Part shown: one piece after another, positions 26,416 through 37,981 of the stretch
How positions within the stretch are numbered: the first letter of the stretch is position 1
How the letters are laid out: every line of letters begins with the position of its first letter
NCBI RefSeq assembly: GCF_000143415.4
Contig: NW_003314276.1
Span: 181,468-245,467 of the forward strand
Direction of reading: 5' to 3'
DNA from: Selaginella moellendorffii
Lineage: Eukaryota; Plantae; Lycopodiophyta
DNA length: 64,000 nt
The notes under the pieces: generated by a model
What the model was told of the DNA's origin: nothing
The model's database searches: none
The model's input: only the letters and a program-made list of their open reading frames with translations
Position numbers and translations under genes: made by a program

Positions 26416-29400
26416 ATGGTAAGTCTTTAGGCCAAGTAGAAAATGGCATGAGGCCACATGCCATTCAGTAGCAACATTGGCATGCACCGATTGGGCTCTC
26501 GAGTGCAGTCCGGTTACAGATGGCGTGTAGCCTCACGCCATCTTAGGATGCAGCCTCAAGACATCTGATGCAGTGGTGAATGGCGTGTGGCCTCACGTTA
26601 TTTCTAGCTACTAGCTTTTCATCTGTCAGCTCTAATTGTTGTGCATTTCTGAACAGGCGAGGAATTGCGTTCTTCTTACAGCCACTGTCAATGTGGATGC
26701 AGAGAAGGGGGAGGAGCTCACCAGTTGGACTTTCGGGATGGAAGGCGAGGATCTGAGGCTGTACAACACAGATGGTGGGAGAAAAGAATGCATGGGGATC
26801 CTCATCCAAGTGACAGACACTCCATGCAGTTCCATGCAAGAATATGGACTGGCACTTTTGGTAGAGACAGCGTCTGCCTTCAAGATCCACCTTGCACATC
26901 CTAGCGGCTTCCCGGAGGGGGGCAGCGGCTATGAGGAATTCCTAGAGGGAGCTAGGGAGAGGTTGTCCAGGAGGCCCACAATTTCAAAAACGCTGCGGGT
27001 CTATGAAGATCACATGGAATCCACGGACCTCACCTACGGCGATGTTCAAAAATTATATTCCAACATTGAGCCGTTGAGAGTGACTCCAGTTCGCGAAGCA
27101 AAGGGGAAGGGGGTCGATCTGGAAACTACCTCGAAGCAGAAAAGGGTGGTCAAGCTCAAGCCGACGTCCGACTCTCCTGCTCCAAAAAAGAAGCTACTTA
27201 GTGATGCCATTGCCTCGGGTTCGAACATTGCACCCACCAAAAAGAAGAGCCACAAAGAGCAGAAAGAGCAAGAAGAGGCAGCAAAAATCGTCGTAGATAA
27301 TAGTACTTGTTACTATTCCAACAAAGTATATACAATCGACGTGAGCCGTATCGACATCCAAAGCAAATACAACCACAGGCTAGTATCTGATGAGTGGGTG
27401 GAGAAATTGAAGCAGAAGATGCTGGCAAGTCCAGTAACACCCGACATCGCAGACGTGATCCCCTACTACCAAAAAATGAAGGGCGAGATGAGGTTTCCAG
27501 ACTTGATCAATAGGAAAGTGTTGGACGATCAGAACATCCGGTTCTATGCCGTCTCCGGACAGCATTCTAGCTTGGCGATGCAAGAGATAGTTGTGGATAT
27601 TATGGTGGGCGAGGAGGTGAAGAAAGTCTTCAAGACAAGAGTTGTCCGCCTGATAAAAGGCAACTCGCCCCTCCGATCTATCATATACATCTCCCACGCG
27701 CAGAATGTCAAGCAAGAAACGTGCTACAAATCGGGTCTGCACGAGACATTGGCACGAACACGGAAGCTCTGGGTTCAACTGAAGAAGCCACAAAAACCAG
27801 GACAAGGACGTGCACTAGCAACTAGCGCCTGGCAGGTAAGCCTCGTTGTATGTGGCATAGCATGTGGCCTCACGCCATTTCCATTGCAGGAATTCTCGAG
27901 TCTTCTCTCGAAAACACTGGGGGTCAATGACACACTCAGCATCCATAACATTCTACTCGCGACAAAAGTTGTTTTTGACAAATGGGTAGATGTGCTGAGG
28001 AGGTACCATGACGGGGAGTTGCCAAACTCAATGGGTGTGGAGGACGGCCGGAAGCCCAATGATTTGAAGCTCAACGCCTTGCGTTTCTCGTGGTCTCTAG
28101 ACGACGACGACCTTCTGACAGTGGCTAATGCTCTTCTACGTGGTGAGGTAGTCTTCAACAAGACCAAAATGACTCCCGGCCATATTGTGACATACGAGGA
28201 CTTGTGCACGACTCTGAGAGCTCGTGCGCTATTGAAGGATTGGATCTTCGAGCAAGTGGCCGTGGAGAGGGTGAGCATCGACACCACGCAAGAGATGATG
28301 GAAGCGCTGGAGTTGTCAAATGAAGACATCGACGAGTACGTGAAGGGGGCCCCCAAGTTCATCGATCTGCTGCAGGATGCCACGAAAAGTAAAGCTGAGA
28401 AGTTGGATCAGTATCCAAATTTCATTAAGATTGATGTCGACCGCCGGCTTCAGAAACAGCTCGACCCCGCAGCAGAGGCCTATCGAGAACCTTACCGGGT
28501 ATACTTGAATTCGGATGAGGATCAAAGGTGGAGGAGCATCGTTTCCCGCGGAGATGAGCAGGTCAAGAACATCTTTTGTGTGATGGACTTCACAAACGAG
28601 GAGATCACTCATGCAGACGAAGTCAGCTCCATCATTGACTTAATGGTGGGACTTGCGGAGGTGGAATCTTCAGTCCACTATATGATCTACGACTCCGAAT
28701 CCTATCACAAGTTCTGGAAGGCCTTGAACGAGGTGAAGGCTCGGTTGAAAGGCAAGGAGATGCGGGAGATCCATGGGATAATGGCTAAGAAGAAGATACC
28801 GACGAATGTCCGCATCTTCACACTTGCCCTTGTTATTGGTCCTGCAGCAGAGTGGGACTGGAGTGACTTCCCAGCTTCGTTCGACAAGGCCAATCGAATT
28901 GATCTGAGGGAGGTCAATTTACCCGTGCCTGAGGAACTGAAGACGGCTATGGAGCTTTCGAATCCAAAGAAAGCTCCAGGTGCAGCATGGGAAATGCTCA
29001 GCTGGGTCTTCAACGCAATAGCGGGTGGGTCACCTGCTTCCGACTCCAAGGGCAAATGCGTTGTCGAGTACAACTGCGGCGGACTATTCTTTCGAGCCGC
29101 ACTACTCAAGGGTGTCCCGTGTGTTGTAGTGACAAACTCCATTGAAGAGGTGACTTCAATGGAGCATATAATTACAGTTGCCAAAGAAAAACAGTATCTT
29201 CTCTGCGAACCTGGTGAGTACGCACTTTAAGTTTAGATGTTATCTCACAAGCTCTGTATGCAGGAGCGTGGCCACCCCCAGATGCTGAAACGGCGTTAAC
29301 AGCTACTGTTGAAGATACCCATGTTGGGCCGAGCTCACAACCTACACAAGGTAAGGTCACGTGAGGCCTCACGCCATTTTGATTATAGATCGTTGTGAAT

Positions 29401-32028
29401 ATTTAGACACGAGGACTAAAAAGCGCACTGGTGGCGCATCGAAGAAGGACAAACAGACAAGCAATAGGAAAAAAGGAGGTACAAATTATATTTGCAATGG
29501 CGTGTGGTCTCATGCCATTCCTTGCAGGAGAAACTTCTTCAAAGGCAAAACAGGCAAGCACCAGCCAAGCTCAAACTGACAGTGGTCATAAAAAGCGAAA
29601 GCACGTTGGACAGTCGTCGAGATCAGAGGCGTTTGATTTGAAAAGGAAGAAGGGCAACGAAAAGATGATAGGTAATTCCTCGCGGTTATGGCGTGTGTGC
29701 TCATGCCATTCATTGCAGATCAAGGGCTGAGTGAAAGCAGGCAGTCACCACCTCATGACTCAGATTCCTATGGCGGACTCCCCCTCCCCAATCTCAATGG
29801 AGAGGTACAATGGATGAGGGAAGCTTTTCAAGTCAAGGCCACGTTTTTCTCATCTCGTCGTCTTCGAAGGGTGCAAGAACGTGCAGAAACCATGTTAAGA
29901 CAGTCGGGTGAGGATACGGTCCTAGGTCACGCACTAAAACAGGCTATGGATGTCTTGTATTTTGAGATGGAGACTCGGCCAGATGATTTTCCCAAGATGG
30001 TCCTGGAAGAACAAGCCATCCAGCCTGAGCAGCCTATGGAAGAAATGCAGGAGGGGGATGAGGAGCCAAAGAAAGATAATGAGCAGGAAGAGCAGAAGGA
30101 CGAAGAGGAGGACAAAGAAGAGGAGGACGAAGAAGAGGAGGACGAAGAGGACTTGGATGGTCCTCACAATGGTGACAATCACAATAACGACGACGACGAT
30201 GATGACGACGATGGCCAGCCTGAGGTGGCCAAAGAGCAGCAGAGGAAGGTCATACAAGACAAACCATCAGGTAAATAATAATACATCCATTCCTAACCTT
30301 TTACCATTTCTAACATTGTCCATGTAGGTCGCAGAGAAAATGGTAAGTAGAGATTATTCAGTTGAATTTACAAACTCTAGCCTTTAGTGTCGAGGAAGGA
30401 TAGTGCCAAGCAAGGGTCGAAACGTATGTCCAATCCTTCAGAATCAGCAGTGCGCCCAAGTGATATCGGTCCTAGTTCCTCAATAGCAGTTGATGGTAAA
30501 TACAGTATAGTCGATTCAATGTGCTAATGAGTTTTTTTTTAGTAGCACGGGAGGATACCATCTCAATCGAAGGGAGATATTTGGACATGCATATGGATCC
30601 GCCAGTGGACTCTACTTGGCTGCAAGAGTCATCAGAGCTGGTGGAGGCTACTATCCATATCAACGCCAAGCAAGCTGACCACGCTCCACTTGATGCTGCC
30701 CATACCACTGAGTCAATCTTGTCCACGTATCCAACTGACGGTGACCAGGCGCCATTGGACCCACATGAGGCCGCCCCAGCCGCCGAGCCGGTCGTATCCT
30801 CATTTCCAACGGACTCAACGTGTGCCCAATCGTTTGACTATGCGCCGTTGGAACCTCCCTACACCGCCCTTGCTGCCTGTTCGGTCATGTCCACTTTGCC
30901 AACGGAGGCACCAGCTGAAATGGCGTGTGATCACACGCCATCGGAACCACCCCATGCCACTGTTGAGCCAGTTGTACCAGAGTCTACAGCTGAAATGGCA
31001 TGTGCCCACACGCCATCGGATGCGATTGACCCCACATTGCAGAGGAGAGTATTTCTGCCCTTCACGTTTCCTCGACCAAAACCCTCTCAACATCCATCGG
31101 GAGCAACATTCGCTAATATTGTAGATGGTAAAATTGACTTGTACCATTTTTTATGCTGACGCATTTCATTTCAGAGTCACGGCGAAGGTACTGTATCATT
31201 TTTGATCTGAACGGTGTCCTTTTCTCCCATGAGCATGGCTCGTCCTCGAATGTCATTGCACCCTCCAAAGCCTGCGGTTGCAAGTTGGTCAAAAGAGACA
31301 GATTCACATTAATCACACGGGAGAAACTGCGGGATCTAATAATGACCATGCGACACTTAAAATAGAGGGCCGGGTTCAATTTGCAATTGGGAGTTTGGAC
31401 ATCCATGATGCGCCACAATGCATTAACGTTGCTACAGATGATGCACGATCAGACGCGAGTAATATTACCATTTGACTTTCTCCTAACGCAGGAGGATTGC
31501 TTGACTATGGTCCATGTGAGGGGTAGCAAGCCCATCTTCGTCAAGCCAGAGGCTGTAGTGATGAACCGGACTGCTAGCTCAAGTGAAATCCTCATCATCA
31601 ATGACTCGCCGATTAAAACTGCAGCGAACACGCACACATATGCAGTGCACCCCATCTCTTGCAGTATGGAAACTAGGGAGAAGAAACCGTATGTTCTGGG
31701 GGACCTTGCAAAACGGCTTGGAGCGATGGTGATAGAGAACCGGCCAGTCCAGGAGGTGGCTGCAGAAATCAACCAAATGGCACATGGAACGGTATATCAG
31801 AAGCCATTTGATCGGACAGACACCAGTCATCATTTATGGCATGTATATTGTCTAGCCAAGCACTATCCGCATCTCCATAATCTGCTCAACCGGATGGGTT
31901 CTTCGACCACTGAACATGAGCGTGGACGTATTAGAGAAGAGATGGCATTACTATTGGGTTTAAATCCTGATAGTGTGGAGAGTGATGAAATTCCAAGATT
32001 ATTGATAGGCGTTGGAGGCAAAAAATAA
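26416..32028 (+). CDS. Transposon cargo gene, 11 predicted exons (~1646 aa): ParB/Srx-like + degenerate beta-class DNA MTase-like + disordered region + FCP1/NIF HAD phosphatase; CAG>TAG nonsense at 31363
   Basis: Predicted exons 26416-18, 26657-27835, 27890-29213, 29264-350, 29389-478, 29528-671, 29719-30270, 30328-342, 30388-495, 30543-31127, 31175-32028; all GT-AG and frame-consistent; motifs FYAVSGQHS, VVEYNCGGLFFRAALLKG, IIFDLNGVL, GVWTS, II(D/N)DSP. Confidence 0.75.
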
Positions 32029-32454
32029 CAGTCTGAGATGGCATGTATTTATTTAAAAATGTAACTTATTATGGCATGGGGTTCCATGCCATTGTATTAA
32101 TATTAAAAGACAATTCTTTGAGAGGATTTGCATTATACTAGAAGTGTTACAGCATGTTATTGGAAGTCTACGAAGTTGTTTTATTAATAATGGGAAAGTA
32201 AAGATTGAATGGGGACTTGGGCTCCACCTAGACTCGGAGCAACTGAGCCAATATTAAAAGGATCGAAAGAAATTGGACGACGCTGACAAGGAGAAGAGAG
32301 AGGTGAAGCAGTGGCAGGGGGAGGAGAAGTGATTGAGTAGACATTTCCTTGTTTAAAATAAAATGGCATGTGCCTCAATGCAGTTGAATTTTGTTATATT
32401 TATATACTATATAAAGGTTTGGAAACCTTATTTTACAAGTGGGATAATGACAAT

Positions 32455-32478
32455 TCCCACTTTAACGAAATAGAGCTT
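32455..32478 (-). repeat. Right TIR, copy 1
   Basis: TCCCACTTTAACGAAATAGAGCTT followed by TSD CTTG. Confidence 0.95.
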
Positions 32479-33389
32479 CTTGTATGAGGAGGACTCTAGT
32501 GAGGAAACTTCCAAACAGAAGTCCAGTGGTGAGGTTCGGTCATTAATCCTCACCCTTCCTAGGGGCTTGGGCTTCCCTTCGGGATGGAAGTGGGGGGGTA
32601 GAGGTACCTATACCGGGACATTAGGCCACGGTCTTTTGCCTTGGCATCCCGAAGTGTTGCACCCAAGGCTTGGGAGTTAGAGGGTCCCATGATCAAGTCT
32701 TGTTGTACCAAGAGATGTTAGGAATTTGGAGGCTTGGTGTGCTTTGCTACTTGTGCCTGCAAGGAGTAAACCTTAAGTCCAATCTAACCCGGGAAGGGGG
32801 ATTGGCAGAGCTTTCCATAAATAGCATTTGGTATTGGAATGAGACCAACACAAAAGGTATGATAGCTTCAGTGTTTGGCAAACATGGTAAGTGTCAAGAC
32901 CCCCAACAACATCAAGACTGGAAAATGCAAAGAACAAAGAGAAAAGCTAGTGGAAACAAAGAAGAAGCCTTAGACTGGTGTTGATTCAGATTGTGGAGAA
33001 ATGGAACAAGGCTAACCTATATATACTATAGGTTGATGAAGCTCCACCACTCTTGGATTAAGGACGGCCTAAATATAGCTGAGGTCGAGGAGGCGCCACA
33101 TCATCATCAGGAATGTGGCTCAAGACTCAGGAATCGTATAGGAAATCAGAGAGTCAGGAATAAGGAAGAGTCTTGAGAGTCAGGAATAGGGAAGTGTCTC
33201 GAGAATCAGAAATGTGGTCTGCAAGTCAGGAATCCAGCGAGATGTAGGAATGTGGTATAAATTGGGGGATTCCTGACAGCACCCCCTCCTCAAGAATGAG
33301 TGGAACAAGGACGTGAATGAGAATGAAGAGGAGGATGAGATGGGCGGCGAGGGATGGGAGATGGAGAAAAAGAATGAGGACTAGGACGA

Positions 33390-36300
33390 GAAGGATAGTG
33401 GCGGTGGAAGTCCTGAACAAGGTCAGGAGAATGAACCAGGTTGTCCGCAGGTTCCTAAATGCGTTCTTCAGGTCCATAACCCTTCCAGTTGACCAGATAG
33501 TAGAGTTTAGACCGTGAGATCTTGGAATCAAGGATGTCCTAAACCTCATACTCAGACCCATCCTCGAGCTGCACTGGTGGAGGCGGAGGAATGACCCAAT
33601 TTGGAATAGGACTGGGAATATAAGGCTCAAGGAGAGAGGAGTGAAAAACGGGGTGAATTTGATATGAGGAGGGAAGTGCAAGGCGATAAGTAACAAGATT
33701 AATGATAGCAGTGATAAGAAAAGGACCGAGGTGTTTGAAATCGAGTTTGGGACATGGCCTGGTGGTGGAGATATTTCGCCTGAGGAGCCAAACTTTATCC
33801 CCAATATTGTAAGGGGGACAATCCTGACGATGGGCATTGGCAAATTTTTTGTGAGATTCCTAAGCACGATGGAGGTGGAAGAAGATGGAGTTGTGGATTT
33901 CCTAGAGGTTGGAGACAAATGTCTCAGAGCGGGGATTTGAATGAGAGGATTCAGATGGAGAAGGAAGTGAGAGATTGAATCAGGGATTTCAGCCAGAGTT
34001 CACAAAGAAAGGGGAAACTCGAAGAGAGGAGTGAACAGAGTTGTTTTAGGAGAACTCAGCAAGGGGAAGGATATCGAACCAGTCATCCTGATGATAGTTG
34101 ATGAAGCACCTCAGGAATTGTTCTAACGTCTGAATCGTTCGCTCGGACTGTCCATCAGTTTGAGTATAATACGCTGAAGAGAGGTTGGCCTTCACTCCAA
34201 GCAGCTACAAAAACCGTTGCCAGAAATGAGAGATGAACTAAGGTCCCCGATCCGAAACCACATCTGTAGGAATCCCATGAAGTTGGAAAATTTCCTTGAA
34301 TACCAGTTTTGCCATGTTCTCGCCCGAAAACTCCTTGGTAAACGGCAGGAAGTGTGCCATCTTTGTGAAGTGATCCACCACGACTAAAATGCTGTTGAAG
34401 CCTCCAAAACTCGAAAGATCACTCAAGAAATCCATGGAGATGGATTCCCAAGGACCTGAAGGGAGCGGGAGGGAACGAAGCAAACTTAAAGGAAGGTGGT
34501 GAGGTACCTTATTTTGGGCGCAAGTGTCATAGGAGGTAACAAAAGTTTTGATGTAGTCGTCCATGTGAGGCCACCAAAAGTCCCGTGCAACCAGCTCATA
34601 GGTCTTTGCGATACCGAAGTGACCAGTAGTCTGGCTATCGTGGCATGCCATCAGGACCAACCTTCGAGCATCACCTTCAGGAACATAAAGCTGCTCCCCA
34701 CGGTACAACAAGCCATCTAAGAACTCGAACTCGTCAAATCGCCGGCAGTCGAGAGTAACTGGGTGTTCAGCTTGAAGATGGGGGAAAATGTTGCTGGTGT
34801 GGTCATCGGATTGAAGATCGTTTCTGATTGCATCCATCAAGGACGAATCCTGACGGGCCAGGGAAATTGCCATAACTTGAAGCCGATCAGGACCGAGGAT
34901 AACTTGATCCTGTTGATTGAAGGCAGGATTACCAGGCCTAAGACTAAGATAGGAGCGCCTTGAAAGAGCATCAGGAAGGCCTTGAAGCTTTGTAGGTCTG
35001 TACTTGATAACAAAGTCAAACTAACTCAGGAATTGTGCCCATCTTGCTTGACGACAGCTCAAAACTCGGGAAGTGGCAAAGTACTCAAGATTTTTGTGAT
35101 CCGTCCAGACTATTGTTTGATGGCTCGCCCCCTCCAAGAAACAGCGCCACTCTCCAAAGGAATCCACGATGCCAAGGAGCTCCTTGTCGTGGATTTCGTA
35201 ATTGATCTCCGCAAGCTCGAATTTCCATGAATGGAAAGCGACTGGATGAAGTTCGTGATCTGCTCCAAGTTGAGACAGCACAGCACCAATGGCAAAGTCG
35301 TAGGCGTCAGCCTCAATGAAGAAAGGTTGTGAGGGATCAGCGTGGATCAAGAGGGGAGCAGAACTGAAGGCCACCTTGAGTGTGTCAAAGGCCTACTGGG
35401 CAGCAGCAAACCAAGAGAAGGGAAAATCCTTGCGAGTGAGATGCGTGAGAGGAAGGACAATGTCAGAGTAGTGATCAATGAATTTGCGGTAGAAGTTGGC
35501 GAAGCCAAGGAAAACCTGAACGTCCGACATTGATTGTGGAGGCTCCCATTCGAGAATAGTCTTGATTTTGGTAGGATCCATCGTGATACCCTCAGGAGTG
35601 ACAATGTACCCAAGGAACTCCACAGATTGCTGATCGATCGCATATAGGCCGTGTTCTCGCAGCTTCGCCAGCACCTTGCATACATGCTCGTCATGCTCCT
35701 CCTGAGTTTTTGAGTAGATGAGGATGTCATTGAGGTAGACGATCACCATCTAATCAAGAAACTACCAAAAGACATCGTTCGCCATGTGTTGGAAAACTGC
35801 TGGAGCATTTGTCAAGCCAAATGGCATGGCAGTGTACTCGAAGTGGCCATAGTGGGTTTGGAACTCAGTCTTCCATTCATCACCAGGCCGGATCCGGATC
35901 AGGTTCAGGTTGTATGCTCCACGGAGGTTGATCTAGGTGAAGAAGCGGGCACCGCCAAGGCGTTCCAACAGGTTCGAGATTAGGGGCAGCGGATAATGGT
36001 TCCGAACAGTCACCTTGTTCAAACCTCGGTAGTCGATGATTAGCCGCAAACTCCTATCCTTCTTCTTGACAAATAAGACAGGCGCTCTAGCCAGGGACTG
36101 CAAATGTTGAATGTACCCCGAGGCAAGGTTCTCATCCACGTACTCTTTGAGGGCCTTAAACTCGGACGGGGATAACCCGTAGATAGGCCCCCACGGAGGT
36201 GACACTCCTTCTTGTAAATCAATGGGACAGTCATAAGGCCGATGAACAGGCAGTACACTAGCTTTTTTCTTGTCAAACACATCCCCAAAATCATGATACT

Positions 36301-37981
36301 TCTTAGGAAGACTGACAGGAGAAACATGCAAAGCAAAAAGGAAAATAGCTTCTTCATGAAGGAGTTCTTTCATAGTGATTGTGGAGATAGGAGGAGGCAT
36401 ATGACTAAATGGAATGATGAGACGAGGATACTGTCCAGTGTAAGATGGAAGAGAGGGAAAAGAAGAGGGTGAAAACTTCGTAGAGTCAACAATAGAACCT
36501 CGATTTGAGTTTAGGGAACTTTTCCTGATTCGGACTTGATGAACAGCAGGGGAAGCCATGGGAGATGGTGATGTGGGAGAGATGAGCTGTAATTCCTTCC
36601 AACAGACCTGAGGCTGATGTAGTTGGAACCAAGGAAGACTGAGCACCACAGAGGAGGACTTGCTGTTGATGATGTTGAAGGCGATATCGGTGACGGTGGA
36701 CCCGATGTGTACTCGAAAAGGCAACGTTTCCCTAAGTCAAAAAGATGGAGACACAAAATGCTTGCCAATGCCTTCAACCCTCAGATCCCGTATGGTAGGA
36801 GAAAGAGGAACGTGATATCGGGCAGCAAAGTCCGTGTCCATGAAGCAGAAAGTTGCACCTGAGTCCAGTAGCGCTAGAGCCTTGAGTCCTGATTGTCCGG
36901 TGAAAGAAAGGAGACATGGGACGCGGAAGTTGCAGGAATTGGTGGTGGCTTTGATGAAAGGTGGTGAGGAGCTTGATAAAGAAGAAAAGTGATTTTTATT
37001 CGGGGAGTCCAAATAGACAGCTCCTACTCTGTTTGGACAGGGTCGTTTCCCGACTACAACAAAGGTGGATTTTGAGGCAGAGTGAACTCGAGCAATTGGG
37101 GAGGCTTCTTGGGACACATAGTTGCTTTGTGATTAGGATCAGCATAGTAGAGGTAAAGATTATGAGATATTCGACGTTGCTTCTCAGTAGGACTCAACTT
37201 CCCTTTGATGAGTCGGGGAGTACCAGAGATATCCATCAGGACCGGAGCAATAGGTTCAGGAGTATGCCCCGAAGACTCAAGCTGGGATTCCTGAGTCTGG
37301 GACGGAAAAACAGTGGCACGGTGACTTTCCTGACGACGCTCAAAGAGAGGATTGTCACATCGAACAGCTTTGTTGATGGCGTCCGAGAGGTCCTTGGGAT
37401 CCTCCATGGTGAGCAACAAATCCTTGACACTGTTGTTGAGGCTGAAACGAAATTGGTCAAATAAGGCCCGCTCATCCCACTGAGTGTCCAAAGCAAGGAG
37501 TTCAAACTCTGCAGCGTAGATCGAGGCAGGACGAGACCCCTGAGAGAGACGTCTCATCTTTGTGGTAGCAGCCCGAACATGATCCATCTCGCCAAAACAT
37601 GCTTCGAGCTTCTCTTTGAACAATTGAAGATCCATTAGCTCTGGAACCATGACCCCTTTCATGCGGAGAAAACCATGACAAAGCTATACCTTCGAGCAAC
37701 ATCCCAATCACACCGATTTGAGACTCGGGAGTGGGGTACTGCTGATGTTGAAGTGCGAAGATCAGCTCCATCTGGTTCAGGAATTCGCGAAGCTCCGAAC
37801 GTTTGCCTGAAAATTTCACCAGGAAACTCACCTTCGGTTCAGGAACTTTGCTGGATCCTTGAGCCAAAAGTGAGGCAAGCTCCTGCTGCATGCGAAGAAG
37901 GGTCGCCTTCAGCTCGGTATTCTCAGACTGGATTTTTGCAAGGACTTCGGCAAAGAAATAAGGATGGCTTGGAGACTCCAT
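33390..37981 (-). pseudogene. Degenerate gag-pol with chromodomain
   Basis: Gag (PEPKVS..KFSG), LLDSGA protease, RT ([16 protein letters not shown]), RNase H (EADAYD..INYEIHDKELL), integrase (CHD..GHFG), chromodomain remnant YEV*DILDSK..YYLVNWKGYGPEE at ~33400-33550; frameshifts and stops. Confidence 0.9.

Larger units (their letters stand above)
21673..32478. mobile_element. Full-length ~10.8-kb Sola1-like TIR DNA transposon with cargo gene (copy 1)
   Basis: TIRs AAGCTCTATTTCGTTRAAGTGGGA (23/24 match), 4-bp TSD CTTG at 21669-21672 and 32479-32482, DDD transposase on the minus strand, divergent cargo gene on the plus strand. Confidence 0.92.

Noticed and set aside
26636-32028. Separate genes for the ORFs at 26636, 29688, 30521, 31153 and 31381
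   Set aside because: Consistent GT-AG junctions join them into one reading frame; the split at 31363 is a point nonsense that copy 2 lacks
21673-32478. Classification as CACTA, hAT, MULE or Harbinger
   Set aside because: Ends are AAGCTC with a 4-bp TSD, and the transposase motifs match the Sola1/DUF7869 pattern rather than those superfamilies
21672-32479. TIR extended by one G/C base
   Set aside because: It would destroy the CTTG TSD and is not present in copy 2
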